In this document: in pieces, positions 1 to 15,964 of the stretch
Layout of the letters: the number at the start of each line of letters is the position of its first letter
Numbering within the stretch: position 1 is the stretch's first letter
Assembly: GCF_009914755.1 (NCBI RefSeq)
Contig: NC_060925.1
Source: the human T2T-CHM13v2.0 reference genome, Homo sapiens
Length of the DNA stretch: 64,000 nt
Strand: one strand, 5' to 3'
Position numbers and translations under genes: made by a program
Notes under the pieces: generated by a model
The model's input: only the letters and a program-made list of their open reading frames with translations
Told to the model about the DNA's origin: nothing
The model's database searches: none

Positions 1-196
1 ACCCTATAGTCCCAGTTACTCATAGGGGCTGAGGTGGGAGCATCCCTTGAGCCCGGGAAGTCAAGGCCACAGTGAGCTGTGGCACCACTGCACTCCAGCC
101 TGGGCAACAGGAGTGAGACCCTGCTTCAAGAAAAAGAAAAGAAGGAGAAGAGGAAGAAGAAAGAAAGAGAGAAAAGAAAAGAAATAATCAAAGAAA
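1..196 (+). mobile_element. AluJ-like right arm (cut by window edge) with A/GA-rich tail
   Basis: gaggtgggag...cactccagcctgggcaacag...gagaccctg followed by an A/GA-rich tail. Confidence 0.9.
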
Positions 197-962
197 AACT
201 TTCCCAGATGTTGTAACTTTCATTAAAATTTCTATAAAATTATTCCCAGCCACTCTAAATTAATACGGAAGAAGCAATTCTTTTAAAATTTCTCTCCTTC
301 AGCTTCCTTCTTTCTCCCCTCTTTCTCTATGGACTTCATTTCTCTTCCCATCCCCCTCTTTATTTTGCCATTTCTCCTCATCATACCACTGACTCCTGAA
401 GCTGAATCCTGTGAGTCAGAGACATGTACTTCTGGCCTTACTTCTGACTAATAACATTTCCTTGAGGACGTAACTTCCTCCTTTTTTTTGTTTTGGGTTT
501 CTTGATCTTAAAGATGGCCACAACAATACAAGATATCCTAAATATCTCAAGCAATGATATAAAAAACAGAACCACTGCATTACTAAAAGCAGTATTTTTC
601 CTCGTAAAATTTAGATTTAGAGTTCATCAGGTGAGCCATTATGACACTTCCTGGGTTGCCTCCTGGGGCTATAATATTCCATTTTTAGTTTTACTTTGCC
701 TTGCAGCAAAACAATCATTTAATTTAATGAGTGCTAGTAGAACAAGGCTCCATTCAATTATCAGGTCAGATTCCTCCTATTTTTTTTTCCTCATAGAAAT
801 GTGGTAAAATGCACAAAATTGAATTAAATTTATTTCTATTAAATATCTTACCCAATGGCACCTGAGTCATTGCTTCATATTTTAAGCTTCTTTCTAAGGA
901 AAAGAAAATCACTTGTCAAAGGATTTAAGTTTTGGGTAACACACCAAAGCAGTATGGGGGAA

Positions 963-992
963 CACACACACATACACACACACACACACACA
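963..992. repeat. (CA)n microsatellite
   Basis: cacacacacatacacacacacacacacaca. Confidence 0.95.
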
Positions 993-1217
993 GAGAACAA
1001 AAAAGCCACTTACATGAATTCCTTAAGATTTATTTATACCCAAGAGATATACTGAATTTGAGTCCTTGAAATATTTTCTACCTCTCCTCAAGGTAAAGCA
1101 CAAGCTACATGAAATTCTTCACTTTTCTTATGTCAGCTCCCTGAATGAGAAGACTGCTATCAATTTTCTGATAGGCAAGCAAACTAAAATAGCAATCAGA
1201 GAACTTTGGTACTGGGG

Positions 1218-1580
1218 TGATATAGTTTGGCTGTGACCCCACCCAAATCTCATCTTGAATTGTAGCTCCCATAATTCCCGCGTGTTGTGGGAGGGACCTG
1301 GTGGGAGATACTTGAATCATGGCGGGGACTGTTTTCCCCATACTGTTCTCTTGGTAGTGAATAAGTCTCATGAGATCTGATGTTTTTATAAGGGGAAACC
1401 CCTTTCACTTGGCTCTCCTTCTCTCTTGTCTGCCATTAAGTAAGATGTGACTTTTGCCTCCTGCCATGATTGTGAGGCCTCCCCAGCCATGTGGAACTGT
1501 GAGTCCATTAAATTTTTTTCTTTATAAATTACCCAGTCTTGGGTATGTCTTTATCAGCAGTATGAAAACGGACTAATACA
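1218..1580 (+). mobile_element. THE1 solo LTR (ERVL-MaLR)
   Basis: Starts tgatatagtttggctgtg, ends ggactaataca; near-TSD tgggg/tggag. Confidence 0.93.
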
Positions 1581-1956
1581 TGGAGTTTTGTTTTTGTTTT
1601 GCCAGTTTATGCATTAGCCAAGTAGCATATTTTCGGATTCAGCTTGCGTTTATTGAACCTACTATGTGCCAGTCACATTTTGTCATTTAGGACCCACAAG
1701 AGCAAGCTTAGGATCCTCTGCTACGAGGAATCAATGTCTGCTGTACTGTTCCTTCTTGGCACTCATCAAAACTACAACCAACTCATTATTAATGCAATTG
1801 TTTGTTTAGTATCTATTTTCCTCCATAGGCTATAAGCTTCACAAAGGCAGAATCTGTGTGTAAATTGTTCATTTCTATAACTTCAGTGCTTAACTCAGAG
1901 CACACAGTAAATATTGCTTGAATAAATGAGTTGACAAAAACAAAAACAAAAACTGA

Positions 1957-2297
<341 letters not shown>

Positions 2298-2536
2298 ACA
2301 AGACCATACTGTTAAATGGCAGAGCTGTGTCTAGAACTCAGAGATTTACTCCAAGAGGAGTGCCCGTTCTCATGTTATTTTCACTTATGTTTATCAGCTG
2401 CTTTTCAGAGATTAAGAGAATACAAGAAGGAACATGGAGGCGAAAGATGGCATCCCTGGCTTAACAAAGCAGTATAGAGGGTGTTTTATTCTCCCTGATT
2501 GCCCAAACTCCAGGTCTACAAGTCCTTTGTAGACTG

Positions 2537-2857
2537 TTATTTATTATTTTATTTTTATTTATTTATTTTTTATTTATTTTTAGAGACAGTGTCTCACTCT
2601 GTCATCCAGGCTTGAGTGCAGTGGTACGAGCATAGCTCACTGAAACCTCAAACTCCTGGGCTCAGATGATTCTTCCACCTCAGCCTCCTGAGTAGCTGAG
2701 ACTACAAGCAAACGCCACCTAGCTGATTTTATGTTTTGTAGAGAGGGGTGTCTCACTTTGTTGCCCAGGACGGTCTCAAACTCCTGGCGTCAGGCGATCC
2801 TGCTGCCTCAGCCTCTCAAGGCACTGGGATTACAGGCTTTAGCCACTACATGTGGCC
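2537..2857 (-). mobile_element. AluJ-like
   Basis: Diverged antisense Alu dimer with (TTTA)n tail. Confidence 0.9.
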
Positions 2858-4454
2858 TTTTCTAGACTTTTAAAGAATACTATTTCTGCAGAGAAAGACC
2901 TCTGGACTTGCACACGCTACTTACTATAGAATAAGGTGGAATTCGTCAGGTTCCCTACTGTACACTGCCAAAAGAAATCAACTAGGAAAATGGCAAAACT
3001 GTTTCACTTGTAATTTGTCTCTTTTCTGCTGTGGGGTCCTAATTACAGGAGGTTCTAGGTTAGCCTGACTTGCTACAACAAGTTTAATACTTGAAAATGG
3101 AAATGTTTAAACCATAAACATTAGTAGATTCTAAATATATTGTGTTTTTTATTTTAAAGCATTTCACAGGAATACATTTATAACATTCTTCAAAAGAAAA
3201 ATCTTCATAGTGAGAAAAAGAATTTAAAGTTTTAATAGCACACAATAAAGTCTGAAATTGTTTTACAGCATAAAATCCTTCAAAGTAATTCAGGAATAAA
3301 CATCATTTTTCCTGCAAGTGTGAGTCAGGGATAAACATTACAGTAAAACATACTGTAGAGGAGTTTGTGGGACAAAGTCTGCTACTTTGTTCTGGGTTAA
3401 GATTCTGAAGTACTCTCATTCACAGTAATGATTGCCAAAATATGGGGTCATTTTCCAAGAAATTTATGTTTCTTGGACTTTCTGCCCAGCTGGTGTATTG
3501 ACTTCACAGTGTTCTGTTCCAAATCTCAGTTCCAGCTCATCACCAATTCAATTCTGTAGTGATCACAAAGGATGGTGGTACAGGATCTTGAGCATGTGGA
3601 GGAGGGAAGAGGAAGGGAGGTGAAATCCATCTTAACTTTGAAAAGCCCAGTGTTGATCTGCATTTTTTAGGGTGATATAGTCATTTAGACATGCTGATTG
3701 ACTACAGATCCTCCCTGCTTCTGTTTTTTTTTCCACGCAAGAGAAGACAGGCTGTTTTCGCAATAACTTTTCTCACTTCTGCCCACACTGGTGACTCCAC
3801 TCCATGCTTTAAATTATTGTGTTCATGAGGTTTAAGTAAACCTCCTTCCAAAGCTCTTCAATTCAGTGGCATATTGTAAATCACCTGCTGACTTTTTCAA
3901 TTGCCTGGGTATTATTTTGAGGGTCTATGACTATTTCTTTTTAAGCAGCAGATTTGTGGCAAAAGCTTGGCTGAATTTTCTTTATCATTCGTCCGATTTT
4001 AAATTTTAACCACAGAATTTCCATTAATCTCAGTCGTAGTTTAATGGATGTGCTCTCTCTCATGTTCACTAAATAATTATTTCATTTCACTAATTATGAC
4101 ATTGTTCTTCAGACACTTCTTGGGGGCTTATAATGCCTCACAATGACTCCTAATCAGGTTCAAACTTTTCATGTGTCTTCCTAAAGTCTAGCATTATGAA
4201 ATCAAATGGTCACCAAGCTTACCTCCCACTCCTGCAAAATTACTTTCACCCTTTCAGGGCCACCGTCCTCCACATACAGCATGCTACTGCTACTTTCATG
4301 CTTTTTCCTCATAGTCTCTACAGCTTTCTAGTATGCCGCCCCCATCCTCAAGTTCCATTCAAATGCCACTACTGGGACCCATGTTGGATTCTAACTCAGA
4401 TTTCTCTTTCTTCCTATTCTTCCCTTTATTGTCCACAAGCGTTTTAGATATCCA

Positions 4455-5440
4455 TTGTGTATCAGCTTGGGCACCAGACAGACCTAGGTTGAAGTATATG
4501 TTCTACCCTTATCAATGTGACCTTCTTCACATTATTTCATACCTTTCACCTTTGCCCAGAATCTTTATCTATAAAATGAGAACAGTAATAGATTATTATG
4601 TGGATTACATGTGTATCTTGAGCGAAATGCCTAGCTCATATTATGTACTAAATATGCAAATCCCATTCCTTTTTACCCTATAATTTAATTGTTTTATGTG
4701 TCTAAGTCCTGGTATTTCAATGGAATCCCCCAAAAGAGGAGTAATTATATACACTTTTTTTTGCAACCTACAAAAAGCCTATTCTATATTGAGGCATATA
4801 GGACATGAGGAAAAAATAATAAACTGGAATAGAAATTGATCTGCTTCCTAAAAGCAAATAAATGAAGAGTGTTCAAAGCCTGTGGACACTGGGATATGAG
4901 ATCTTATGGTAGCAGAGATCCCTAGTGAAGGTTGCTAATTCTAGTACGGGTTGCTCAAGACTCTGGAGCCACACTGCCTGTCTGACTCAATGCTGACTCT
5001 GCCACTGACTAGCTGTCTGCCCTTGGGCAATGGCCCTGTGCCTCAGTTTCCTCTTTTGTGAAATAAGGGTAATGATGGTACCGACCTTATATGTGTGTTG
5101 TATTAAATGAATTTAGATATATATAAAGATTGTGTGGCACATAAATGCCATATAAGTGTTTGCTGCTATTACAACATTGCTATTGTTGCTGTTGTTATTG
5201 AAACTGGATAAATGAGAAGCAATGTAACATAGTGGAAAGAGAATAGAGTTTAGAATCAGATAGACTTGGGTTCTAGAAGGCCTTATTTCTTACAAGTTAA
5301 AGTCTACTGGTCTCAGTTTTCTAATACATAAGGTGACACTGATCCTCATATGTTTTTGTGAAGATTACTTAAGATACTAATTGTAAAGTACTTAGCACAG
5401 TGACTAGTACAAGTAAGGTTCTCAAAAATGCAGCTATTTT
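4455..5440. mobile_element. Cluster of three MIR remnants (~4455-4655, ~4950-5170, ~5215-5440)
   Basis: MIR core motifs, e.g. ctgtgcctcagtttcctc, tctcagttttct, tacttagcacagtg. Confidence 0.7.
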
Positions 5441-7358
5441 TGTCATGAATATTGCGTTATTTTTCCTAATCTATTATAAAATGAACCATTCTTTTGTTTC
5501 CCACCAAGAACAAAAGGAAATATTGCCAACTAAATAATGATGGGCCATCAAGGTAAATTTCATTTCACATGAATAAAAATGTGAAAAAATATTAAAATAG
5601 ATGAAATGTACTAGTTTTGCTAAGTGAGGGATCACAATACAGCCAATTTCAGAGGCGCCATGGATTAGGAAGTTTAGGAAGTAGAGATAGTGCGAAGAAA
5701 TGTGTAAAGGGCAGTCCCTTGCCTTGTCACGGATTTCAAGGCCTGAATTCTTAGGTTTCTAGCCTGAGTTTGTGACAGTACATCATGTTCATGGCTATAT
5801 GCACTGTAGAAAGCTACCAGGAACTCATGACTTTGCACTCATTCTTTTTTCTTTCCCAAATATCTGGCCGTAAGAGTTTCAACTAAGTAAACACCACTAA
5901 ACTAAACTCTCTATGAAATATTTTATTATTGTCTCTTCTCAGGCATCTCCACTTTAAATTCAAAAATAGCCCAGACACAGAAATTGCATAGAGGATTTCT
6001 TAGTTTTTGAGGTTTTTCTTTTTAACTACAGCTGCACAAGGTTTTCATTCCATTTCCTCTGAGTGACCATGAGAAAAGGCTTTCCTTTGTCTTTTTCTGG
6101 TTCTAAGACCCTAAAGAATAAATTGAGTTTTTGGGACATTGCCAGATACGTGATAGGTCCACAAGGAAAACAATAAGCAATCTTTTCTGTTTGGAAAGAC
6201 TAAATTCAGAGACTACTGCCCTGACAGGTTAGACATAAAACTAGTCCTCTCTCCTCTCCTCCAGCTCCTCTTCTGATTAGCTTTCCTTTGAAGGTTGACG
6301 GAGATGAGTTAGAGTATCTTTTCTAATTCAGATCCAGTGGGTGTGGGGGCGTTACAATTTACACACAGAACTAAAAACTTTGCAATGCCAGATTCTAAAT
6401 CATCACTATCACTGAGTTTAGTCTAGTGCCACTGGCCTCATCAGACACATATTTCTCTCTGTCATAAGGGATTTTGGTCAGCTTATTTTAAAGTTTTAGA
6501 ACACAACTGTTTCCTTTTCATTCCTACACATTCTTTGTTCAATATTAATCTAAACCGCTTTTTAAAAACTGTACCTTATTTTATTGCCCAGAAATGCTGC
6601 AATGTTCATTCCTATTCCTATTTCTAAACATATGGCACTCATCTTCTTGCCATTATAGGGAAGGGAAGAAAGGGCTGATTATCAGAGATCAGGAAAGGGA
6701 TTTCAGAACAGTAACGTGTGTGGTAGAAACAGACGAGCACTCCACGCATATTTGCACAGCCTTTCTATTTATAGATGCAGCAGCACTTAGATGCTGCCCC
6801 CAGCAAACGGGGACACGGCTGATGTAGACAGCGGAGTCCCAGCTAACTAGCTAAATATTGGAAGAAATTTTCTCACTCACATAACAGTCATTTCCTAGGG
6901 CCATTTTGAAGTAATGTGGGAAAGATTCTGTTTCACCAATAAGGAATGATTTCTCCCCTTAAGTAAATCTAGGGACAGTCATTTTCTAGAGGTAATGGTG
7001 TCACCACGTAAAACTGGAAATAAAAAGTTTCTCAGCAAAGCTAATTTGATCAAACCAAATAAGATAGAATACAATCAATTGGTCAAAACACTCCTACAAA
7101 GTATCTCTCACCTTGATTCTAGTTTGTAAGATTTTTCATAGCAAGGACAATTTTACTTGTATTTGAATCCCCTTACTGTTCTAGAATGACACCTGGCAAC
7201 TTGTGAGTTCTCAACAAATGTTTGTTGAATTGAATAGAATTAATGTTCAAGCTCCCAGCCATTGTTATAAACACCCATCCTAAAGAAACATACTTTTTTA
7301 CATAACTCACATAAAAGTAGAGTAAGTTAATTATAGATCAATGATAAAATACAGATAA

Positions 7359-7880
<522 letters not shown>

Positions 7881-8093
7881 TGACAACTGCACCTAATATT
7901 TCAGCGAATAATTACTTTTAGAATCAAGTCTGAATTCAGTGTTCAGAATTCCAAACTCAGTGGAATTGTATGCAATCCCTACCATAACATGATCATGATC
8001 AGCAATTCCAACAAAAATGCAATGGACTCATGTCATAGAACTTTTTAAATAATAAAGGAAAAAATCCTGTTCTAACTCAGTTATAAAAATTAG

Positions 8094-8491
8094 TGAAGGT
8101 GGGGTTCCCCAGGAAGCAGACCCTGAGATGAAGTCAGGTGTGCAAAAATCTTACTGGGGTTTAACATCTAAGAATGAAAAAAAGAGAGCAGGACTGGCTG
8201 CCAAACCAAAAGCAGATTTGATACATTTCTACAAGCCCAGGAGGGACTCCAGAGCAAAGAGTGCCTATCCAAGGAATCCCGTGTTGGGTGGAAATGGCTT
8301 GAACATTGACTACCATCTTGCTCACTCATTGTCTGGTGGCCCCTACAAGAACAGCATGAACATGAGCTAAAAGCTGACGTGGATCCAGACAAAGCTAACA
8401 GCTAGAGGCTGACAGCTTTCCACACTTATTGCAGCTGACCAATGAGACCTTTACTGAAAATGGATCTGGGTGATACCTCCTTGTTGGCCAC
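8094..8491 (-). mobile_element. ERVL-class LTR (LTR16-like)
   Basis: gggttccccaggaagcagaccctgagatg...gctagaggctgacagct...ggccaca; colinear with 15965-16404. Confidence 0.6.
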
Positions 8492-8531
8492 ATAGACTTT
8501 CTCTTACATTTTCTTTCAGAAGAAAAATGTG

Positions 8532-8833
8532 GGCTGGGCACAGTGGCTCATGCTTGTAATCTCAGCACTTCGGGAGGCCAAGCGGGGAGAATGGCTTGAG
8601 CTTAGACGTTTGAGATGAGCCTAGGCAATATGGTGAAACCCTGACTCTACAAAAATCTGAAAAAAATAGCCAGCCATGATGGCAAGCACCTGTGTTCCCA
8701 GGTACTTGGGGGGTGGGGGTGGCGTTGCTGAGGTGGGAGAATCTCTTGAGCCTAGGAGGTCGAGGCTGTAGTGAGCCATGTTCATGCCACTGTACTCCAG
8801 CCTGGGCGGCAGAGTAAGACCTTGTCTCAAAAA

Positions 8834-8869
<36 letters not shown>

Positions 8870-8874
8870 GAAGG

Positions 8875-8920
<46 letters not shown>

Positions 8921-8925
8921 AAAAA
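8532..8925 (+). mobile_element. AluJ-like with A/(GAAAA)n/(GA)n tail
   Basis: ggctgggcacagtggctca...cttgtctc followed by compound microsatellite tail; short Alu left-arm fragment at ~8940-8990. Confidence 0.92.
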
Positions 8926-9017
8926 GTGGAAACGTGGGATTTCAAGACCAACCAACCTGGGCAACATGATGAGACCCCATCTCTACAGTAAAATATACTT
9001 TTTAAATGCATTGTCCT

Positions 9018-9917
<900 letters not shown>

Positions 9918-9919
9918 CA

Positions 9920-11460
<1,541 letters not shown>

Positions 11461-12509
11461 TTAAATTTGTATAAATACCTCCATAGTGTCACAAACATAA
11501 AATATACTCTGACTATATTTTAAATACCATGATCCAGCCTCAATGCAGGGAGACAGATATGTTATCAGCAGTCAAACGAGGGCTTCCCACAGCCTGCTGC
11601 TCATATACACCAGACACTTTTGATTTACCCTCCTACCGGATTCCCCCGGCCCCTCCTCAGATAGTGAACCACCACTATCTAGTGCCATGAACCAGAAATT
11701 AACCCTTCACATCTACCTAAACAAAAAAGCCTTAGTTCTAGCTGAGTAGATTGACTGTCTCTTTCAGTTAAATATACCTTCAAATTATTTATACTTTGCT
11801 CCCCGGTGAATGTCTAAGTTACAAGATTAGTTCATCAAAGACAGTGTTGTGTCCCTAGAGTGCAACGTGCCTCGTTCTTGTGTATGTGAAGAGGGTATTT
11901 TCATGTTCTGTTGTGTTTGCTGCAGTGTTTATAATTTAGGTATTTGAGTTGACCATAATGGACCCCCATCAGAAGTTTTCTATAAATTAGTCACGTATTT
12001 CTAAGTCTGTCCAGCCATCTAGGATGAGAACAGAACATTAAAACATCTGGTATGTTACTCTGAAGTGTTATCAGGCCACTTAATTGTTGCTGAATAGTTT
12101 CAAACTCTAAAGAATGATTTAAACATTCCCTATGCAACAGATACTCTCATATTCATTACGACATATTAAAGACTATAAGATAATCTCCTTCATAGCTATT
12201 CATGAAGATAATAAGTAAGGCATCTTCAAAATTAAATTAATTTTAAAAAATGCTGATCAGAGGCAGAGAATAGCTTCCACATCCTTCCGAAGACATTATG
12301 CTTGACTTTTTTTTTTTTTTTTTTAATGTAAAAACCTTCTTTCTGAGCTTGGAATCATCAGAACCTTGTTAATCTAATTTTGCAGTAAAAACAAAGAATT
12401 TTCCATTCATCTGCAGATATATAGAGGTGCCTGAATACATCTCCAGGTGAAAAACCAAAAGGTACAGAGGTCACTGGGTCAGGCTGCTCTGTGACAAATG
12501 ATTCACTGG

Positions 12510-12735
12510 AGAGGCAATATGGAGTTATTCAGAGTGCAGATTTAGAAACCAGAATGCTTGTGTTCAAATTCCATCTCTATCATTACTAGTTAATTGACTT
12601 GGGAAAGCTACCAAACTTTCTTGTGTCTCACTTTCCCTTCTTTATAATATGGGGATAATAAAGTTAATATATGTAACGTACTTAGAACAATGCTTGTCAT
12701 ATAATAAATGCTACATAAGCATTAGCTATTGTCAT
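12510..12735. mobile_element. MIR remnant
   Basis: gttcaaattccatctct...tgtctcactttccc...cttagaacaatgc. Confidence 0.7.
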
Positions 12736-12800
12736 TTAATTCTCCAAATGACCAGCACCATTTCACAGATAAAGTAACTAACTTATTCAAGATTAAAAAT

Positions 12801-13214
12801 TTATTTATTTATTATTATTATCTTTTTTTGTGAGCAACATGGCTGTTTATTTCACCTGGGTGCAGGCGGGCTGAGTCCGAAAAGAGAGTCAGTGAAGGGA
12901 GATAGGGGTGGGGCCATTTTATAGGATTTGGGAAGGTAATGGAAAATTACAGTCAAAGGGGGTTGTTCTCTGGTGGGCAGGGGTGGATCTCACAAAGCAC
13001 ACTCTCAAGAGTGGGGAGAATTACAAAGAACCCTCTTAAGGGTGGGGGAGAATACAAAGTACCTTCTTAAGGGTGGGGGAGATTACAAAGTACATTGATC
13101 AGTTAGGGTGGGGCAGGAACAAATCACAATGGTGGAATGTCGTCAGTTAAGGCTGTTTTTACTTATTTTGTGGATCTTCAGTTACTTCAGGCCATCTGGA
13201 TGTATACGTGCAAG
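12801..13214 (-). mobile_element. HERV-H LTR7Y-like U3-R fragment with poly(A)-derived tail
   Basis: Antisense reads GCACGTATACATCCAGATGG, ~32-bp type II repeats, CCTATAAAA, AATAAACAGCCATGTTGCTCACA then A-rich tail; no U5. Confidence 0.9.
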
Positions 13215-13719
13215 AGTCGCAGAACAAGGGTTTGAATCCAGGTTCTGTCCAAAGCCTGTGTTTTCTTCACTGCACATCCTGTCTTCCATGTCTTTGTGAG
13301 TACATACCAAGCTCCTGTGTCAACAGGAGAGCCATACTTATAATATGACATGACATTTAACCTAAAACTTAAGTGACTTTGAAATATTTTAGAATAAGGG
13401 AACTGAAAATGACAAAACTTAATTGTTCAATTAATAGATTGAGAGATTCTGATCAGACATTGAGAGAGATTTGGAAGAGAGTTTGGGTATCAGATGATGA
13501 ACACTTTGATGTAAATGTTCAGAATATGTAAACTATTTCATGTTGCAAGACTTTTAGTGAAGAAGTTGTATTTCACATACTAGCAATAAATATTAATGGT
13601 TCCAGGATTAAATATGAGACAATTATGAGTCATAATAATTCCCTTCAATTCATCATGAAAAGAAAGATGCATAGTGAAAGAAATGACAAGTTTGAAAACA
13701 AATGAGAAAATGTAAGAAA

Positions 13720-13993
13720 CGTAAGAGATAGACACAAGGGAAAATACTGTGTGAAGAAAGAGGAAGAAATTGGGTGCATCAGCAAGCCAAGGATCATCAA
13801 GGATTCCAGACAACCACCAGAAGCTAGAAAAGAAACATGGACAGATCTCTTTCAGAACCTTCCGAAGGAACCACCCCTGCTGACACCTGGACTTTGGACG
13901 TCTAACCCCTAGAAGTGTGAGAGACTAAATCTCTGTTGTTTAAAGCCACCCAGGTTGTGGTATTTTGTTAGGGAACCCCTAGGAACCTAATGC
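13720..13993 (+). mobile_element. MLT1 (MLT1B/C-like) LTR, 3' part
   Basis: caaccaccagaagctagaa...gaaggaaccacccctgctgacacc...ctaggaacctaatgca. Confidence 0.85.
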
Positions 13994-14375
13994 ACATATA
14001 TACATAGGCTAATTCAATAACCACTACCAATAAATGATCAATGATTTAATAGAAGGTTTCTGCACGGAGAATACTCTTCTTTAACACACTATTTTTAGCT
14101 GTTCTCATTTGAAGTGTGTCAGAATAGTTTAATCCACAAATGAACATGTACATAAAAAAATTGTACTTGAAAACCTAAGAGATGACAGAAGTATGATTTG
14201 GCATTAAAGACTATTTAATATTAAACACATTAAACATGCACCATTCATCAAATAAGTAAAAGAGTATGCCGATAAGAATAGTGCAATCATAAGCACATTT
14301 TTTAAAAAAGACCAAAAAAAGCCTGCTGACAGAATGTGCAATTACTTGAAGATGCCTTTAAAAACAAAGGCTTTA

Positions 14376-14551
14376 GGGCGTGGTGGAGGGCTCCTGTAAT
14401 CCCAGCTAGTGGGGAGGCTGAGGCAGGAGAATGGCATGAACCCGGGGGACGGAGCTTGCAGTGAGCGGAGATCGCGCCACTGCACCCCAGCCTGGGCGAC
14501 AGAGCAAGACTCTATCTCAAAAAAAAAAAAAAAAAAAAAGGAAAGAAAAAA
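14376..14551 (+). mobile_element. 5'-truncated AluY-like (right arm)
   Basis: agaatggcatgaacccggg...ggagcttgcagtgagc; TSD aaaggcttta at 14366-14375 and 14552-14561. Confidence 0.92.
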
Positions 14552-15540
14552 AAAGGCTTTAATTATCCTTACTTTAAAAAATCTTATAAAAACATAAATA
14601 AACACTGAAGGAATAACTTGAACCTAAAGCATAAAGATTTTATCAAGTTACCTTCTATAGAGTACCATCTTAAGTCTTTTAGTAAACAATTTGATAAATT
14701 CCTGACAATTTGCTTGCTGCCTAGGATAAAAAGAAAGATAAATAAGTATCTTTAAGGGGCATCGCACAGATTAGATTAATACTTTGTTTCCTGTGCTCTC
14801 TGCACCTAAGCTATATCCAGAGCATCTTTAAATATAAGTAAACAAATACAAACATCATTTCTTTGCTTGTTTATATACATTACTTAAAGATGCATATGGC
14901 TACTTGCAGTGAACATAAATATGGAAAACATAAATGTTGTAAACATAAAAATTATACTTCTGAGGTTTGCTTTTAGACTTGTTTTTGTATTTGCTGTGTT
15001 TTTCTTTGAATTAATTATTTATTTCCTTATCGACAAGCCAGTGATATAACATGTTTAAGATTTTCACTGAAGAAATAGAAAACTCATAAAAGGGAAAAAA
15101 ATTTAAACAGTATCTTAGGGATTCAAATCCAGTTATAAGTATGGAGATGTTGGGTTCATGAATTCTGAAAGACAGAAGAACATGAATCCAAAATCTATAC
15201 TATTTTCTTTTCAGCAGATGCTACGTCAGGAGAAGAGATGCAGATAAATCTCTTGTGCAACCTCAGAAATCAGGCATTTCAACATGTCAAACATATTCTG
15301 TTCAAGAAAATGATATGAGAAAACATTATACAAACGGTCCCACTGAAATGGCAATGAAAAATCGAAAATACATAAACTTCGTTTTTCTTCCATTAAAAAA
15401 TTAAGCAATGTGAAGAAGAATTAGAGTTATATAATTAATTCTGTAAAAAGTTTTCACAGCATTTGTACACATTTAATTTCATCTCCTATACTTTGTAGCA
15501 TTTGCATCAGACTTACTTAGTGAATCTTTAAATATATATA

Positions 15541-15926
15541 TAGTTTACCCTTGAACAACTGCAGGGGTTGGAAGTACCAACACTCGCGTAGTCAAAAATT
15601 GGTGTATAAATTCAACTCCTGGAAACTTAACTACTAATAGCCTACTGTTGAACAGAAGCCTTACCAATAATATAGTCAATAAACACATTTTATATGTTAT
15701 ATGTATTATATACTGTATTCTTATAATGAAGTAAGCTAGAAGAAGAAATGTTATTAAGAAAATCATGAGGAAGAGAAAATGTATTTACTATTTATTAAAT
15801 GGAAGTGGATCATCATAGAGGTCTTCATCCTTGTCTTCACGTTGAGTAGGGGTGGCAGAGATGGAAGAAAATCCAAGTATAAGTGGACCTGTGCAGTTCA
15901 AACCCATGTTGTTCAAGGGTTAACTG
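15541..15926 (-). mobile_element. Tigger2a (MER28)-like TcMar MITE
   Basis: TIRs tagtttacccttgaacaac / gttgttcaagggttaactg; internal sequence resembles recalled Tigger2a. Confidence 0.88.
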
Positions 15927-15964
15927 TTCCTGGAGTAGTGAGTTTACATAGAGCTGACACTATA

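Larger units (their letters stand above)
13330..15420 (+). mobile_element. Degenerate R4/Dong-clade LINE (Mam_R4-like) RT and CCHC region
   Basis: Ordered degenerate motifs FNRRFLHGEYSSLTHYF, IKHAPFIK*VKEYA, LLPRIK..RGI, WVHEF*KTEEHESKIYTI, CNLRNQAFQHVKHILF, YTNGPTEMAMKNRKYI. Confidence 0.6.

Noticed and set aside
6777-6800. cagcagcac (miR-15/497-like seed) within a short hairpin
   Set aside because: Only a ~6-bp stem; no pre-miRNA-length fold-back or mature-sequence match
14320-14580. Kinase-like words (PADR, YPYF) suggesting a processed pseudogene
   Set aside because: No other kinase motifs; the surrounding motif order fits a non-LTR RT better
15201-15404. Splice-acceptor-like ttttcttttcagcag followed by an open frame of about 60 codons
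   Set aside because: Lies inside the R4-like fossil; no partner exon or transcript evidence visible
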